Assembly (NCBI GenBank): GCA_036172245.1
Contig: JAYWIR010000001.1
Span: 4,216,001 to 4,280,000, forward strand
Direction: 5' to 3'
Source: Raillietiella orientalis
Taxonomy: Eukaryota
Length of the DNA stretch: 64,000 nucleotides
Each line of letters opens with the position of its first letter. Positions within the stretch are counted from its first letter, which is position 1. Positions 25,138 through 38,299 of the stretch are shown here, piece by piece. Both the position numbers and the translations under genes were made by a program. The notes under the pieces were generated by a model. It worked only from the letters and a program-made list of their open reading frames with translations, did no database searches and was not told the origin of the DNA.

Positions 25138-27600
25138 TCAGTTCCCGACCCCTATCTCCCTCTTAATGACTCCTTGAATGATGATCATTGCAGGAAGTAT
25201 CTCTCCGGTGTTCTGCATATTTGCCCTTCTTGTCATGATGCTCTTGGTGAAGAGAGAGATGGTGGTGAGGACCATGAGATTGTATCGAGGGACGTTTCCA
25301 TTGTCTTCAGACATTCTCGCCGAGATCTCCATCTTCGCTTTCGTCTGCAGGCCGGTCACCGCCTTCAGAGTCGCCCGATCCTGACGCAGCAGCGGGCTGG
25401 TGAGAACGTGAAGCTGGGTTTCGCTGCCTCCACATGCCCTGCAGAGCGCACCTTGGCTGTTGCCTGTCCAACGCTTCAGTCTACCAGCCACCCAGGATTC
25501 CTCTATAGTTGTGCATCAGGAGATCATACCGAGTGTCCGATGGTAGGACGCTCCTCAACTCGTTGTGCGAGTAGGTTGACGCCTTGCAGCGGTTGGAGGC
25601 CTTGTTCAGTGTATCGTCTTTTATTCATCTCCTGGATGTTGACTCCGGCGAACAAGCGCCACGCATTGGACCTCCCCATATTGGGAAAAAAATTCCCATA
25701 TTGTCTTCCTCGTTGTGTCACAGTGTATCCCGGTGAGATAGACTGCTGTGTTGGTGAGCTCTCCGAGACTTCGCAACTTCCTACCATTTATTGTAATTCC
25801 TTGCTCGATCAGGAATTCTCTTAACTTCTTGTCGGGGGTATACACCGTAAACCCCGTTGCCGAGGAGACGATTGCCTTTATCTTGCTGAAATTAACGTTG
25901 AGTTTGTGAACCTCTACGTACACGTCTCGAATATTCCCGAGACGACTGATAAAAAGGCAAAACCTGAAGATCATCCCAAAAAGCAAAGAACTCTGGCAGG
26001 AGGAATCCATCCTGGTAATCCAGTGGATGCTCCCCGTGCAGGATGACACGAGGAGTTGGATACACCAGCGGTCTGGAGTGACTTTGCGGGATACTAAATC
26101 ATGGACACGACAACGACACCTACACCATTCTCGGGTGCTTCGTTATGTCGAAAGGATCTCAGGCAGCTTCACACTCAAGACCCGCGAAGTGTGGAAGAAC
26201 CACCGCGACTTCGCGTGGTCCAGAGTAACGAAGAAGAACATTCGCCAACTAATAGTCGAAGAACAAGATACCAGTGCCCTCCAAGATGCAGCCGACCGTT
26301 ACGCTAGTAGTGGATTTAATCCACTAGCGATTGGGACGGTGCTCTGGAGAAGTGATTTACCACCGGACACTCAGGATGACCTCCTCTTGTTCTTCCATGG
26401 AAGCATCCTGAGTGGTTTGAGGATGAAGCTCTTCACGGGAAGAAGAGAGGAACAAATCTGCAGAGCATGTGGTGGAATAGACACAAGACGTCACGTCCTG
26501 ACCTGCTCCACATTGCAAGCCGAGTGGACTACCCTGAAAAGGGTCATCGGGATATCCAACGCCCCGACCATGGAGGTCTTGGCAGGGATGTTCTAGGGAA
26601 CTGTAACGGTTCCCCGCTATAACCCCATGGTAAGAGTGACCATCGCCCTTTTCATCACTGCCATCATTGGAGGTGGTGGAAGATGAAGACCACGAGGACC
26701 ACCATATCTCCACTGGACATCCTGAAAGGGCTCATCCAGAGGGAGATCGGCATCAGAAACTGCGGACGAGTGCAGGCCTGGAACTAAAGATACATCCTGA
26801 GAAGGGTTGGAGGAAGAACCTAGGCCCAAACAACACCCAGGTGATTAAGTGCAGTGAACTTTCCAGAGACCCAAAGAAGCGGACTTCAAGTGAACACCAG
26901 CGAAGTGAAGTGCAGTTTTTGAGCAATATGTATAAATGAGATTATAGTATGAATGAAAAAAAAGAGAAAATAAATTCACCCCACCCCTTGTGGGACTTGG
27001 GGGAGCAATATTCCCGAGACGAAGCATTCCTGTTTTGAAGGTGACCTGCTTTACGTCCTGGTTAATCTTCCAGACTGGCTCGGCTTCTTTTCCCACTTCG
27101 AACACCGCCGGCCTTATAATGTGTTTTTTCCACCGCCAGGGCTGCTGCTGCCACCGCCGCATAGGACTGTGGCCGCTTCGGGCCCTCCCTTGGCCCCATC
27201 AAGGCTCTCTCCTTAGAGGGGCCTGGTTTGCCCAAATCCATGGGCCTGGGATGTGGATGGTCGTTCCTCCGGATGGCCCACCCGCAACGTCGACGCCTTC
27301 GATGAATACCAAACGGGACGTAGAATGGATGGACGGTGACGACAAAGCACTACACGTGCTGCTTCTAAAAAAAATACTTTCCCAGGTCGTGAACCCAGAT
27401 GAGACCTCGAAGCCAGGTAAGTATGGGAAACCATATATCTTTTTTGTGGGATAGTTTCGATCTTCCATATACGCCCGTATTTATTCGGTGAACCATGTCT
27501 GTGGCAAATTTTTCGTGATCATTTTGGTTTTGCTTTTTCTTTCCCCTTTTCGCGTTTGTCTGTTGTTTCTCGCTGATGGCTTTCTGTTTTTTTCTTGATA
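25138..27600 (-). mobile_element. Internally deleted L1/Tx1 element (ORF1 joined to a zf-RVT segment), host of the insertion at 25946-27006
   Basis: ORF1 reads across the TSD (QVTFKTGMLRLGNI|RDVYVEVHK...AVYLTGIHCDTTRKTIWEFFSQYGEV). Zinc finger LCRACGGSETQLHVLT in 25138-25491. Confidence 0.7.
25946..27006 (+). mobile_element. 5'-truncated L1/Tx1 insertion (second tail type) with 16-bp TSD
   Basis: TSD AATATTCCCGAGACGA at 25930-25945 and 27007-27022. ORF 26027-26596 contains ICRACGGIDTRRHVLTC. Ends aataaattcaccccaccccttgtgggacttgggggagc. Confidence 0.9.
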
Positions 27601-28194
27601 TTGGTCTAACTTTCTTGAATATCTTTCGTTTTTAATGTTGTAGCTTGTTTGCTCTTTGCTCTTCCTCTATTGGTTTTACTCCACACTATTCTTTTCTGCC
27701 TCTTTAGCGAGTGCTTCGTCGCTGCGGATGAGATTTCAATGCTCAGGAAGCCGTCCCAACGATTATTGTGATAAGCAAGATACTCGCCCATAATGACTTC
27801 TTAACGATGGTCCTCTACTTGTTCAGTAGTGTTTGGAGTTCTGGGCAGTGCAAAATGTATCCGAAGTAGTAATTAAACTTTAAGGGCCTGGCTGCTGGTT
27901 TTCTTATCGGGTTGGGTAACAACACAAGGAAAATGGGTTCACAACTAGGCAGCGTTTTGTTCATCTGCAGGCTATATTGCTAGGCAGATGTTAATGGGAC
28001 CAGACCCTGAGAAAAGACGGTAAGGCCAGAACAATGAAAAGAACGAGTTAATGGGTAGTAAGGATGGATGAGGAAAGTCCAGCAGCAAGATGGGCAAAGG
28101 ATGTTTCTAGCTCATCCCTGTTGACTTTTGCTCCCCATACATGCAGTCCACGACCTGTCGGCCGATTTCTGCGTTCATTACAGGGAAGGGCAAG

Positions 28195-28268
28195 GGTTCC
28201 TTGAGAACGCATGAGCAAGGCAAAAAGACCACAGACTTTTTGCCTTGCTCATGCGTTCTCAAGGAACC
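28195..28268. repeat. Perfect 33-bp inverted repeat with 8-nt loop
   Basis: GGTTCCTTGAGAACGCATGAGCAAGGCAAAAAG (28195-28227), loop ACCACAGA, exact reverse complement at 28236-28268. Confidence 0.95.
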
Positions 28269-30204
28269 AACTTGCTCTTATCTCCCTTGCGATGCAGAAG
28301 GGAAATCCCAGAGTCGTGAGGTGTTCTTTTCCTGTTCTCCAGAGCGCCCCTTTACTGTGAGCGAGCCATTCGCGGAAAATGAGCTTTCGTAACGTTCCGA
28401 GCCAAGATCTATGTCCCGGATTAAGAAACGGCTTGCAACTACAAAAGAAATGGCACAAGAACTATGGCACAATGTCCTATGCTGTGAAAGTCACTCATTC
28501 TATGGCAAATGGCTTGCCAGTTTTACGCCATGTTAAGTTGCTCTTTTACACTACTTTACTTCATGTTTCAGAATCCCATATGTCCATCGGTTTTCCTATT
28601 GCCCCTCTTGGTTTCATGTTTTTTTCAGAGACAAGGTCTTCGTTTTTCCAGACAATCAAGTGAATTACTGAGATGGACCTGTATAGACGATATTTTTTAT
28701 CTCATGATTTCCTAAGAAACAGTGAGTTTGAAAAGCACGAAGGTGGTTTAAAACTGCACGAAAAGGTGATTGGCTTTAGGACTATTGTAACTGTTGGTTG
28801 ACAACGAGGCTGTTTGAAAATGCATCCTAAGGATCAGAGGCGAAGATCTGATGGCATGGGATACGCAGAAAAGTAAGCGTTGAATGAATTTATCTGAAAG
28901 TCGAGCGGAAATAAACAAATGGGGTGCTCAGATGCTAAGAGTTGCAAAGGAATTGGTGAATTTCCCTCAACTTTCAAGAAAATAATGGGAACATGCAAGT
29001 GGTTTGAGCAGCTCACAATATTTGACGAACTGGCTAGTTCTGTACGAATGAAAAGAAAAAAAATCTTCAATAGAGGAAGAATTCTTTTAATAGTAGAGTT
29101 TTTGGCTTGCTCTGCATGCCAAGAACGCTAATCACCAGCTTTGGAATGCAATGTAAACGTTACGTGAGTAATCCTTGTTGAACTTATCAGGCATGCATCC
29201 GTATGCCTGCTTCTCTTTCAAGTCTGCGCTTCCTCTGATGCGGAGAATCAATGGAAAAGGATTGGAAGATATCTTGACGTTCATTATTGGTGAATAAATC
29301 AGTGAATTGCATAGCAGACTTTTTCCCACGCAAGTTCTTTCCAACTTCTCTTTGCATTCCCTGGCTCTGAGGCGTTCAGTGTATAAAAAAAAATATTTAC
29401 AAGTAGACAGTGATTGTTCATTGTTGAATAGATGTGCAGTTTATGCTTTGGGGCTAAATTCGATCACAGGATATCAAATAAAGTTGATGAGGTTGTGAGT
29501 GTGAGTGTGAAATATTTTCTTTTCTTTTATACCCTTTTATACCTTCCTTTTCCTCTTCCTTTTACCCTTTTTTTAAGCCTTTAAATAAAAAAAGATAGTG
29601 ATCTTTTCCTTGAATTTAATTGTATTCCTAGGTCATTCAAAAACTGTTTTACCTACTAATATAGAGGAATACACTTTTATGTTTCTCTTCTGAGGATTTT
29701 CGGATTAGAAATCAGATACTGATAAAATTTGGAATTATAAAAAGAAAGAATAAAACGAATAATTTATAACAGTAGGCAGCACTGAGATTGAATTAATGCT
29801 TTTCTTTAAAGTTAAGGAAATTAAAATGTCCAGCTATAAGCAGAATTTTTGAAATGAAATGCCGTGTGGAATGCTTGGTTTCTCGTAAATCGGAGATTTT
29901 AGTTCTGTGTGTTTTATAAGTAGCTGAGAAATAGATGGAAGCTGCTAGAATTCGTCAGTGGTTCTCAAGGACATGAGTTTTGTGCGGCAGTTGCCACAGT
30001 GGAAATTTTATGCCTAAACTTCTAACCGACTTATGAGCGCATATACTTGCAAGTATTGTGCTTTTCAAGAATTGCAAGCATGTTCAAATAGAATTTATAC
30101 AGCGTGAAAGTTCCTTAGAAACGGATAGAATCTATTTGCAAACTTAATGAGGAATGGGTTCGGAAGCAGAATGCCATCACATGGACTGCATAGCAATTTA
30201 ATGC

Positions 30205-33200
30205 ATGCTAAGTATGACCAAAAGTTATGTCCAAATTTGTGGAAGATTTATAGCCCACCATCCTGTTGTGATTGTATGTGTAGCCAGCACCTTAACTGTA
30301 GCGTGTGTGGTGTTTGCTGTTCGTTTTTATGCACTTCCTGAATTCGATGACCCAACGAAGGTAAAACGATGCTTTTGCATGTTTGGTGCACTAATGCCTA
30401 ATTGTGTGGTCGAGTGAATGAATCGTTTTCATACGAATTTTAAACTCAAAATGAGAATTCTTGAGTTGAACATTTGCATTCACGTAATGTTTGAAATTTG
30501 TAGTATAGCAAACAAACGGTATCAAGGGAACGTTGAAACTATAAAAGAAACTGGTTGCATTTTAATCATAGAATGCATGAGGAAAGGAAGCCTTGTATTG
30601 ATTTGAATAAATTTAGAAAGGATTTGTAAAACAAAACAGTCCACTATGAAGAGTATATAGTGTTTTACAACAGAGGTAATCCTTTCTTTCCATTCTGAAT
30701 AAGTTTTGTTTCTAGCATGCAGCAGTTACGTAGCGAATTTAGTGTTCGGTATGACTGGAATGACATTAGAAAATATGTTTCAATTATATTGAAAATTAGC
30801 GGAAATTCTTTTTGAAACAGGTATTGAGTTGGAATTCGATTGCATGTTAAAGTGCTCAAGTCATATCCTAAATTAAAAAATAAGGTAGAGAATTTTTTTG
30901 AATATGTAGTGATACGTTTTTGAAAGTTTGACAAGAATACTTCTGATAATCATCAGGTAGACTAAATTATCAGTCAAATTTCCGTAGATATTCAGTTTTA
31001 GTTAGGGTTTCTTATGCTCTTTTAGATGTGATGCAGTTTATTTAAATACCACTACTAACAAATGTGGTGAATCACAATAACCCAATTTTCAATTCTGTCA
31101 TTAACATAGTATTAGTATTGAATAAGTTTGTTCATACATAGTGATGTGAGGTGAAAGCAACAATTTTAGGATCTTATATGTAAATATGATGTAAATGAAT
31201 TCCAAAATTTCAGGCGAATGTTTAAAGCAATCACACAATTAAGGTTCTTTGTTTGTATTTTTCTAGGGATTTGAAACCAGAGGAACATATGCTGCTTTAC
31301 GGCTGCGTACCTGGGATGCCTTTTTACAGCAGGAAAAGAAAGGCTTACTTTCTGCCAAGTACTCACTGAAAAAACACCCACCAAATCAGAATAGCACCAA
31401 TCATTTTTCATTAAACAAACTTGAGTCTGCTGCAGTTACAGCAGAACACAAAACAGTAGTAAGTAGGAGTAGTTGTGCCAAAAGTGCATTTCCTGAATCC
31501 AGTGGTTTCAGTTATGAAAGATTTTTCACATCACTATGTAAATGGTATTTGATTTTTGCTATTTACTGCTTTGTATACAAAATCTTCCTCCTCCTCTGAA
31601 TCCATAACAGTGATGATGCTCATTATTGTGAAAAATCGAAAATCCTTAATGTGAGTAATTAGCCTTCAAAAATACATATAATAGAGGAATTAAGTTGCAA
31701 TTTTTCATAATGTCCGATTTCGTTATTTTGATTAACATCATTTTGTCTTGAACATGGCTGTTGTCTCAGAATTCTGTGTGCTAAGATTGCATATATTCTG
31801 GCATGTAGTGAATTATAATGCTCCATGATCTCAGCAGTTGTTCATACTCAATGATGTGCTATTGGAATAAAATCTCATCCCCCTGTTACATTTGCGCCGA
31901 ATTCTCGTGTAAATAAGAAATTTTTGGTTTCAGTGATAATATCAATGACATTGGTTGCCAAAGTAGTTACAAGAGAAAATATCTTGTTTTACATTCCAAA
32001 CTTTAGGCAATTGATTCTCAACATGGCAGGTAGCAATTCTTAGCCAGCTTTCAAAAATTTTTCCCTATTTCTTGTTTCTTCATATGTGTGGATGTGCAAT
32101 GTTGCTGATGACTATTTCTTAGTTGCCATGAAACATTATGAATGCTTAATGTAACATTACAACAGTCCTTGCAGTATTACTTTAGGAACTCGTCCACAGA
32201 ATTTCTTTAAATTTGCCATACTTTACTTGTTTGATACACCTGATACAAGTAGCACTTGTTTTATACAGAGCATTATTGTTAAATAACAACATCAGTTCTC
32301 CAGTTTTTGTTCCAATTTATTGTAAGATCGCATCAAGGTAAAATAAAATGACCTGAATCAATTTACATCTATGAATCATGCATCAGTTTAAGTTCATCTC
32401 TGTTGTGCATATAACTTTGCATACTCTTGAGACATGAATCCTGATGTTTAACAGTGGTTTCAGAATTCCTTCAATTATTCAAGAATACTATCCATTGCGA
32501 TCTGTTCATCTTGGTATTCACATTTGATGGGGTTTGCATGGTTTCAAGCAAAATGCATATAAATCTTATTGATTAAGCTTTTGATGTTAAGCATCTGCTT
32601 GCTGTGAGCAAAATGGTTTTTTCTTTTTGTGATTGTATATTATAATCTTTATGAGTAGAAGCTAATATTTTGAAAGTTAAGAACCTAAAAGAATTGCATG
32701 AGGAAGGAATTATCCAGCATGATTGCTGTAACTTTTTGCAAACAATTCACATTCTCATGTATTCATGTTTATGTTCTTGATGTGCTAGGTAAGGAACAAG
32801 AGGAGAAATGAATTCCCAGCTAAGCTGTTGTCTCATTCCACTAATCATGCAGCTGCTCCACCAGTCTTCTGTGAGCCTTTGAGTGAGTTGTTCCTATGTG
32901 TCAGATTAATAACTGACACTTGATGATATGCCTTATCAGTACTCCATATTCAGCTGCAGAAAGTGCTCATCTTGTCATTCGTAGCAAAAATGCTGTTGGT
33001 TTATTGGATGTGGACATGCTTCATGCTACTTGTGCTCTCGAGGACCATCTTGTGTATACAAAAGACCTATACAAGCAGTTGTGTAAACAAAAAAGAAGCA
33101 AAGAATGTTGTGACTCTTGGTCCTTAGGGAATGCCTTGGCATTCCTCAGCAATACAAGCTGTGACAAGCTGACGGTATATCATTTGTCCTCTAATTCTGA

Positions 33201-36200
33201 ATTCCTTATGCACACATTATGAATTTCAGCATGAACACATTGCAGAGCTGAAAACTCTGCTAAAGGAATGCAAAAAGTATTATAGCAGAGGAGTTTTAAA
33301 TGAGCGCTGCTGGGAAAGGCGCTGTACAGGAATGCCGACAGCATGCATTCTTCATAATGTTGCTTTTAATATTTTCCATTTTCTCTCTGATTGGCATTTA
33401 CAAGTAGGTATTGATACTCTGTGTAGTCATTTTGGTTTTTCCACTTATGTGTAGTTAGAAAACTACAAAATAGCATAAAAGTTGAAAGAATTGCCATTGC
33501 TGAAAATTAGAACTTTTCACCTACATGTGCATTTTTTTGTAAAAAAGAAAAAATTCCATAAATTACTTGTTGCATGTTACTTTTCACAATATCAGTTGAA
33601 AGAATTATTTTGTTATTTCTTACATTTTGCTGATGTTATGATGATTTTTGTATTCAAAAGAGTACTTCATTCAGTTGGATCACACCACTATGTGTTGCAT
33701 TCAAGGATATAGCTTCAAGGTCACTTAATTTCTAAAATTGCCAAACATTTGTTCATCTAATTTTCAAAAATATTATGTGCGTATTTTGGATTCCCTTTCC
33801 AAAAATATATGGAAACGAACTTGAGATTTAGAGTGAGATAATTGAACTGGGTACTTTTGTGCATCCAATAGTTATACTGAAAAGTGGAATCTGGCTTGGA
33901 GGCTCAGGGTTTTGAAATGCTATAGTTTTAACCAAGTCAAAACATTGGACTGGTTGAACCGTTTTACTTTAGGAAATTCTGCATAGTTTTCAAAGGAACC
34001 AAATGCATTAGGCTTTTGTCCTGGATTCAAGGAATACGTATTCCAATAATTGGTTGTAATCAGTGGTTGTATCACAGTAACAGACTTGATTCGATGTTCT
34101 GTAAAGGAGAATACAGCATGCAAGGTTTTAGTAAAAGTATGTGTTCTAAATTTTAAATCATTTATTTGCTTTGCCATTTCCCAATTTCAGACAGCCTGAA
34201 ATTGTGAGTCGGCTTTGGCCTATCTTTTGCATCATGCATTTGAATTTACATGTTCTTTAAAAGAACAAATATTTATCATTATTTTATTAAAAGAATGTTT
34301 GTATTTTTTTTTTCAATAGAAACATTCGAGGTGTTTACCTAGAGAACTCAGCAGTATTTGCAGAATGAGGAATTCGCAGTCGGGGCATGATGGTATATGC
34401 ACAATAGCTTGAAAACCATTATTTAAATTACACTGGTGCATTTTACTAGAAATTATTAATCAGCAGATCGCGCCAGAATTCGTTTCGTTTTATGGGCAAT
34501 TGTCAAAGTGTCCATGGTATATCTTTTTAAAAATGTTTTTTGGATTGTTTCGTGGAATCAGACGTGTCGATTTATTTGTCCAAAAGATGGGCATAATTTT
34601 ACTTTTGCTTGTTAGCAAAGCAAGCTAGTTCACCACATGTAATGAGCGCTGCAAACAAAAACGACTGTTGTTTTATTTTAGAACTGCAGTTTTATTTTCG
34701 TTATTTTCCGAATTTTTTTTCCCACAATCAATTAACATTTCTTTAATCCATCATCCAGTGCGCCGAGTTCAATTTCCACATCTCACACTCGCAAAAAGTT
34801 TGCAACGTTCTCCTACTTGCAAACGTTTTTGTAAATTATCTTAGGTTTCATTCTGTATCCCGTGAATCACTACTGATTAATCGTTTACTGAAGATACCAT
34901 TCATAGCATTTATGCTCTTGTTGCATGATCAACTTTGTAGTTATGTATTTTTCCGATTTTATGAATACACCGAAGAACTTAAAAGGTTACATGTAACGCA
35001 TGGAAGAAAGAAACGAGAAGTTTCTTGAATTTGCATTTCTTTCTTTCTTTTGTGCAGAATGCTGACGTACCAGCCATCACTGCATCTTTTTTACCCATTC
35101 ATGGAGATAAAGAAAGTCACCTTCGTCTCTTTGAAATGCTACAAACAGAGAAGCTAGACAACAGTGTTGTAGAAGTGGTGGCCCTTCACATAAGTAAGTC
35201 ATTGTGTGTTTTTGTTTAACATGCTTCTGAATGATCTGTAGATGCCAAGGAAGAACTCTTTCATCGATATTTGCTGTCCGACCTGCTTCCTTTGATTGGT
35301 GCAATCACTTTAATTAGCATCTGTGTCTGGGAATTCACAAGATCACCTCTGGTTTTTTTTGTTGCAAGCATAGCAGCAATCAGCAGTTTGTCTGCTAGCT
35401 ATATTGTTTATAAGACTTTTATTCCCTTTTTTCCATTTATTAATATGTTTGCCGTGGTGCTTTTGGTAGGTATGTAAATGGTCAAATTGTACGTACAGTC
35501 TCCATTGATATTCTTGCATAGGCATTGCAGCTGATGGTGCTCTTCTCTTTAGTAAGATTTTTGATCATGGACAGTTGTCTCAATTATCTGTTGAGGAGTC
35601 GGTTTACCGCACTCTGCGCCATGCTGGTACAATTGCCCTTGCCAGCTGCACCACAACAGCTGTTGCCTTTTTTTCGAGCTCTATTAGCAATGTCACTGCG
35701 ATCTGCTGCTTTAGGTATTTTAGCAGTAAGATTCCTGTATTTTAATTAACTTTTTTCCAGTGTGTATTCGGGTTTGGTGATTCTGCTGTATGGAGTATTC
35801 CTTTTTGTGTGGTTACCTCCTGCCCTTGTACTCCAAAAACAGTTTCTCCCTTCATGTACCTTGCTTTGTAACTCTTGGCGTCGGCATCTTTGTTCTTTTG
35901 TTCAAGAAGTGATTCCCAGTATGATATTCACGTGCCATCCCATTTTAATGGCTATTTTAACAGCCATCAGCATAGTCTCAATGGTTTTTCTTGGCTGGCA
36001 CCATGGGTTTCCATTGCCTCAACAGCAAGAGTTGCAACTCTTTGAGAGCTCTAATTTGCTGGAGCGCTATGATCAGGTCTTCCGTGATCAATTTGCTTTC
36101 TGGAGAGAAAAAGAGCACATGGTGCTTCCCCTCTCATTTGTATGGGGAGTCAAACCAACTGACTTGGGTAGTTACTTGGATCCCAGTTTATCCACTACCT

Positions 36201-37279
36201 TAGTGTATGATGACCACTTTGATATGTCAGACGAACGTGCACAGTTGTGGTTATTGAATTTCTGCCAGCAGCTACAGGAACAGCCATTCTTTAGACCTTC
36301 GCCATCACCCATTCCCTACAATTGTTTCATTGTCGATTTTAAAGAATGGATGGAAGGCCGTTTGTGTGATTGGTTAGACACTTATCCCTGCTGCAACAAT
36401 GTATCATTTCCATATGCCACCCATGTCTTCCATATGTGCCTGCATGGTTTTTTGTCTTCCCTTTACAGTACGCCACGAAGATTTTTTAGGCCTTCAGAAG
36501 CTGGTCCCAGATTCGATGCTAGGACCAACCAAATACGCATGGTGGTAGTGAGCTATCTTAGTCAGTGGAATTTCACTTTTGCATATCCGCCAATGATGGA
36601 GGCGTATAGAACTGTTGAGCTTTGGTTTCAGAACGAACTCGAGACAGCTCCATCAACTATGAAAAATGGATGGTTTCTAACTGATTTTCACTTCTTGGAT
36701 CTACAGCGCAATCTCCTGTATAGTACGTTTGGCTCTGTTCTTGTGGCCTTGCTTCTATCAGGATTGGTCATGTCGCTACTCACAAGGAATCTCCTGATCA
36801 CGCTTTGTGCATTGTACACCATTTTGAGCACAGTTTCCGTCACAATGTCGTTACTAGTGCTATTAGGTTGGCAGTTGAGTGTTCTTGAATCCACAACACT
36901 GTCTGTTAGTATCGGCCTGGCCGTAGATTTCACATTACATTATGCCATAGCTTATGCATTCAGTGATGGGCCCTGCCACAGGAAGAAGACTTTGCACTGC
37001 CTCCAACTCTCCGTGGGTTCTATAAGCGTGGCAGCCCTGACGACGGGTGTTGTAGGGTTTTCTCTGTTGTTCTCGAACCTGAAAGCATATTTGCAGATGG
37101 GTACTTACCTTGTGATTTTGATGATAAGCAGCTGGGTCTACTCCACGTTCTTTTTCCCCTCGTTGTTGGCAGTTTTCTCAAGTCACCGTTGTGCCAATCT
37201 TAGAGTCTTTGAGCATCAGCTGTCTTGGGTTTGCAACAAGAAGTGTGAAAGTCGAATACATCATGAGGGTCAGAAATGA
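30205..37279 (+). CDS. disp: Dispatched homolog (Patched/RND family, sterol-sensing domain), 9 exons
   Basis: Exons 30205-30360, 31267-31458, 32789-32882, 32954-33174, 33230-33403, 35058-35193, 35242-35469, 35522-35714 and 35761-37279 join in frame with GT-AG sites. Motifs: LPEFDDPTK|GFETRGT, CCDSWSLGN, FFPFIN, FVWGVKP, AQLWLLNFCQQL, LGWQLSVLES, IGLAVDFTLHY. Confidence 0.92.
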
Positions 37280-37360
37280 GTAGTGCTTGAAACAGGGGAT
37301 TGTGCATCGTCACTGTTTGTCACTTGTGTAAAATGTACCATGTAAATAGTTTTATGACTG

Positions 37361-37366
37361 AATAAA
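37361..37366 (+). promoter_or_regulatory. Candidate polyadenylation signal of Dispatched
   Basis: AATAAA about 80 nt after the stop codon. Confidence 0.55.
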
Positions 37367-37399
37367 TCATTATGCAAGGCAACAATTGCCTACGTCTGT

Positions 37400-38137
37400 G
37401 AGTTCTGTGCGGGCTGACGAGGAACAAGGTCACGTTTACGTGTGCTTTGGGATGTGTTTGGTGTTTCACAAAACCCCGGTCCTGCGTGTGTTTCTGAAAG
37501 AGACACTGTCGTACACCTCTTGGAGTGTTGGAGGGATGTAAGCAGTCGCGACATACGCTTGCACCTGATATACGACTCCCGTATACGATATCACCCGATA
37601 TACGGCATAATATGCGATTCATTTCAACTGTGTCCGCCTTACGGAGACGTTTCTCTCACTGCCACGTGGCTTGGACAGTGTTTGCATGGACCTGTTCGTG
37701 GGATTTCGTTGGTCATAGTTCGGGTCCGCTGTAACCGGGGTCCCCGTTTCTGTGTTTTGCGTAGGGTGGTTCCTTCTACTGCATGTGCAGAGCGAGCACC
37801 GTTTAAAAATGTTGCAAAACGTCGTGGTTCGCATGTCGAGTTATTTCTTTCGTTTATTCTAGACTTTTTGCAGGATATGGATGCTTACGCGAGTCTTCTT
37901 GGGGAGAGGAATCGCTACGGAAACGCTTTTGCGGCATTCATGAACTCGTGACTTCGGGTGCCACCTGAGGTCACCGTGAAGCTCGAAAGGCCTTGAGGTT
38001 GCTTCCAGGGATCCTGGGGATTCTTCCTGGTTGTCCTCTGGGGATCTATCCTCTATTGTTGCAGTAATACTCAAACATTGAAAACGGGCAAGCAGCCCAG
38101 CCATTCAATGTTCGAGTGTTAAAAAAAAAAAAAAAAA
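37400..38137 (+). mobile_element. Truncated non-LTR 3' end with terminal hairpin and A17 tail
   Basis: PACVSERDTVVHLLECW zinc-finger remnant; stem 38069-38117; A17 at 38121-38137. Confidence 0.65.
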
Positions 38138-38299
38138 GATCGTACATGTTTTTTATGCCTGGCGAAAGCTTTGAGTTTCAAAGTTCTCGATTGGTCTTTC
38201 CACCCATTGTCTTTTTCAATTTGGAAAGGACGGCTGGAAGGAAAGTTGATACCAGCAGACCATGGACTCAAGCAGGGAAAAGAGTGGCAGTGTTAAACG

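Noticed and set aside
13413-37279. BBS4-Dispatched linkage as a cilium/Hedgehog gene cluster
   Set aside because: The genes are separated by about 14 kb of repeats; nothing here indicates more than chance adjacency.
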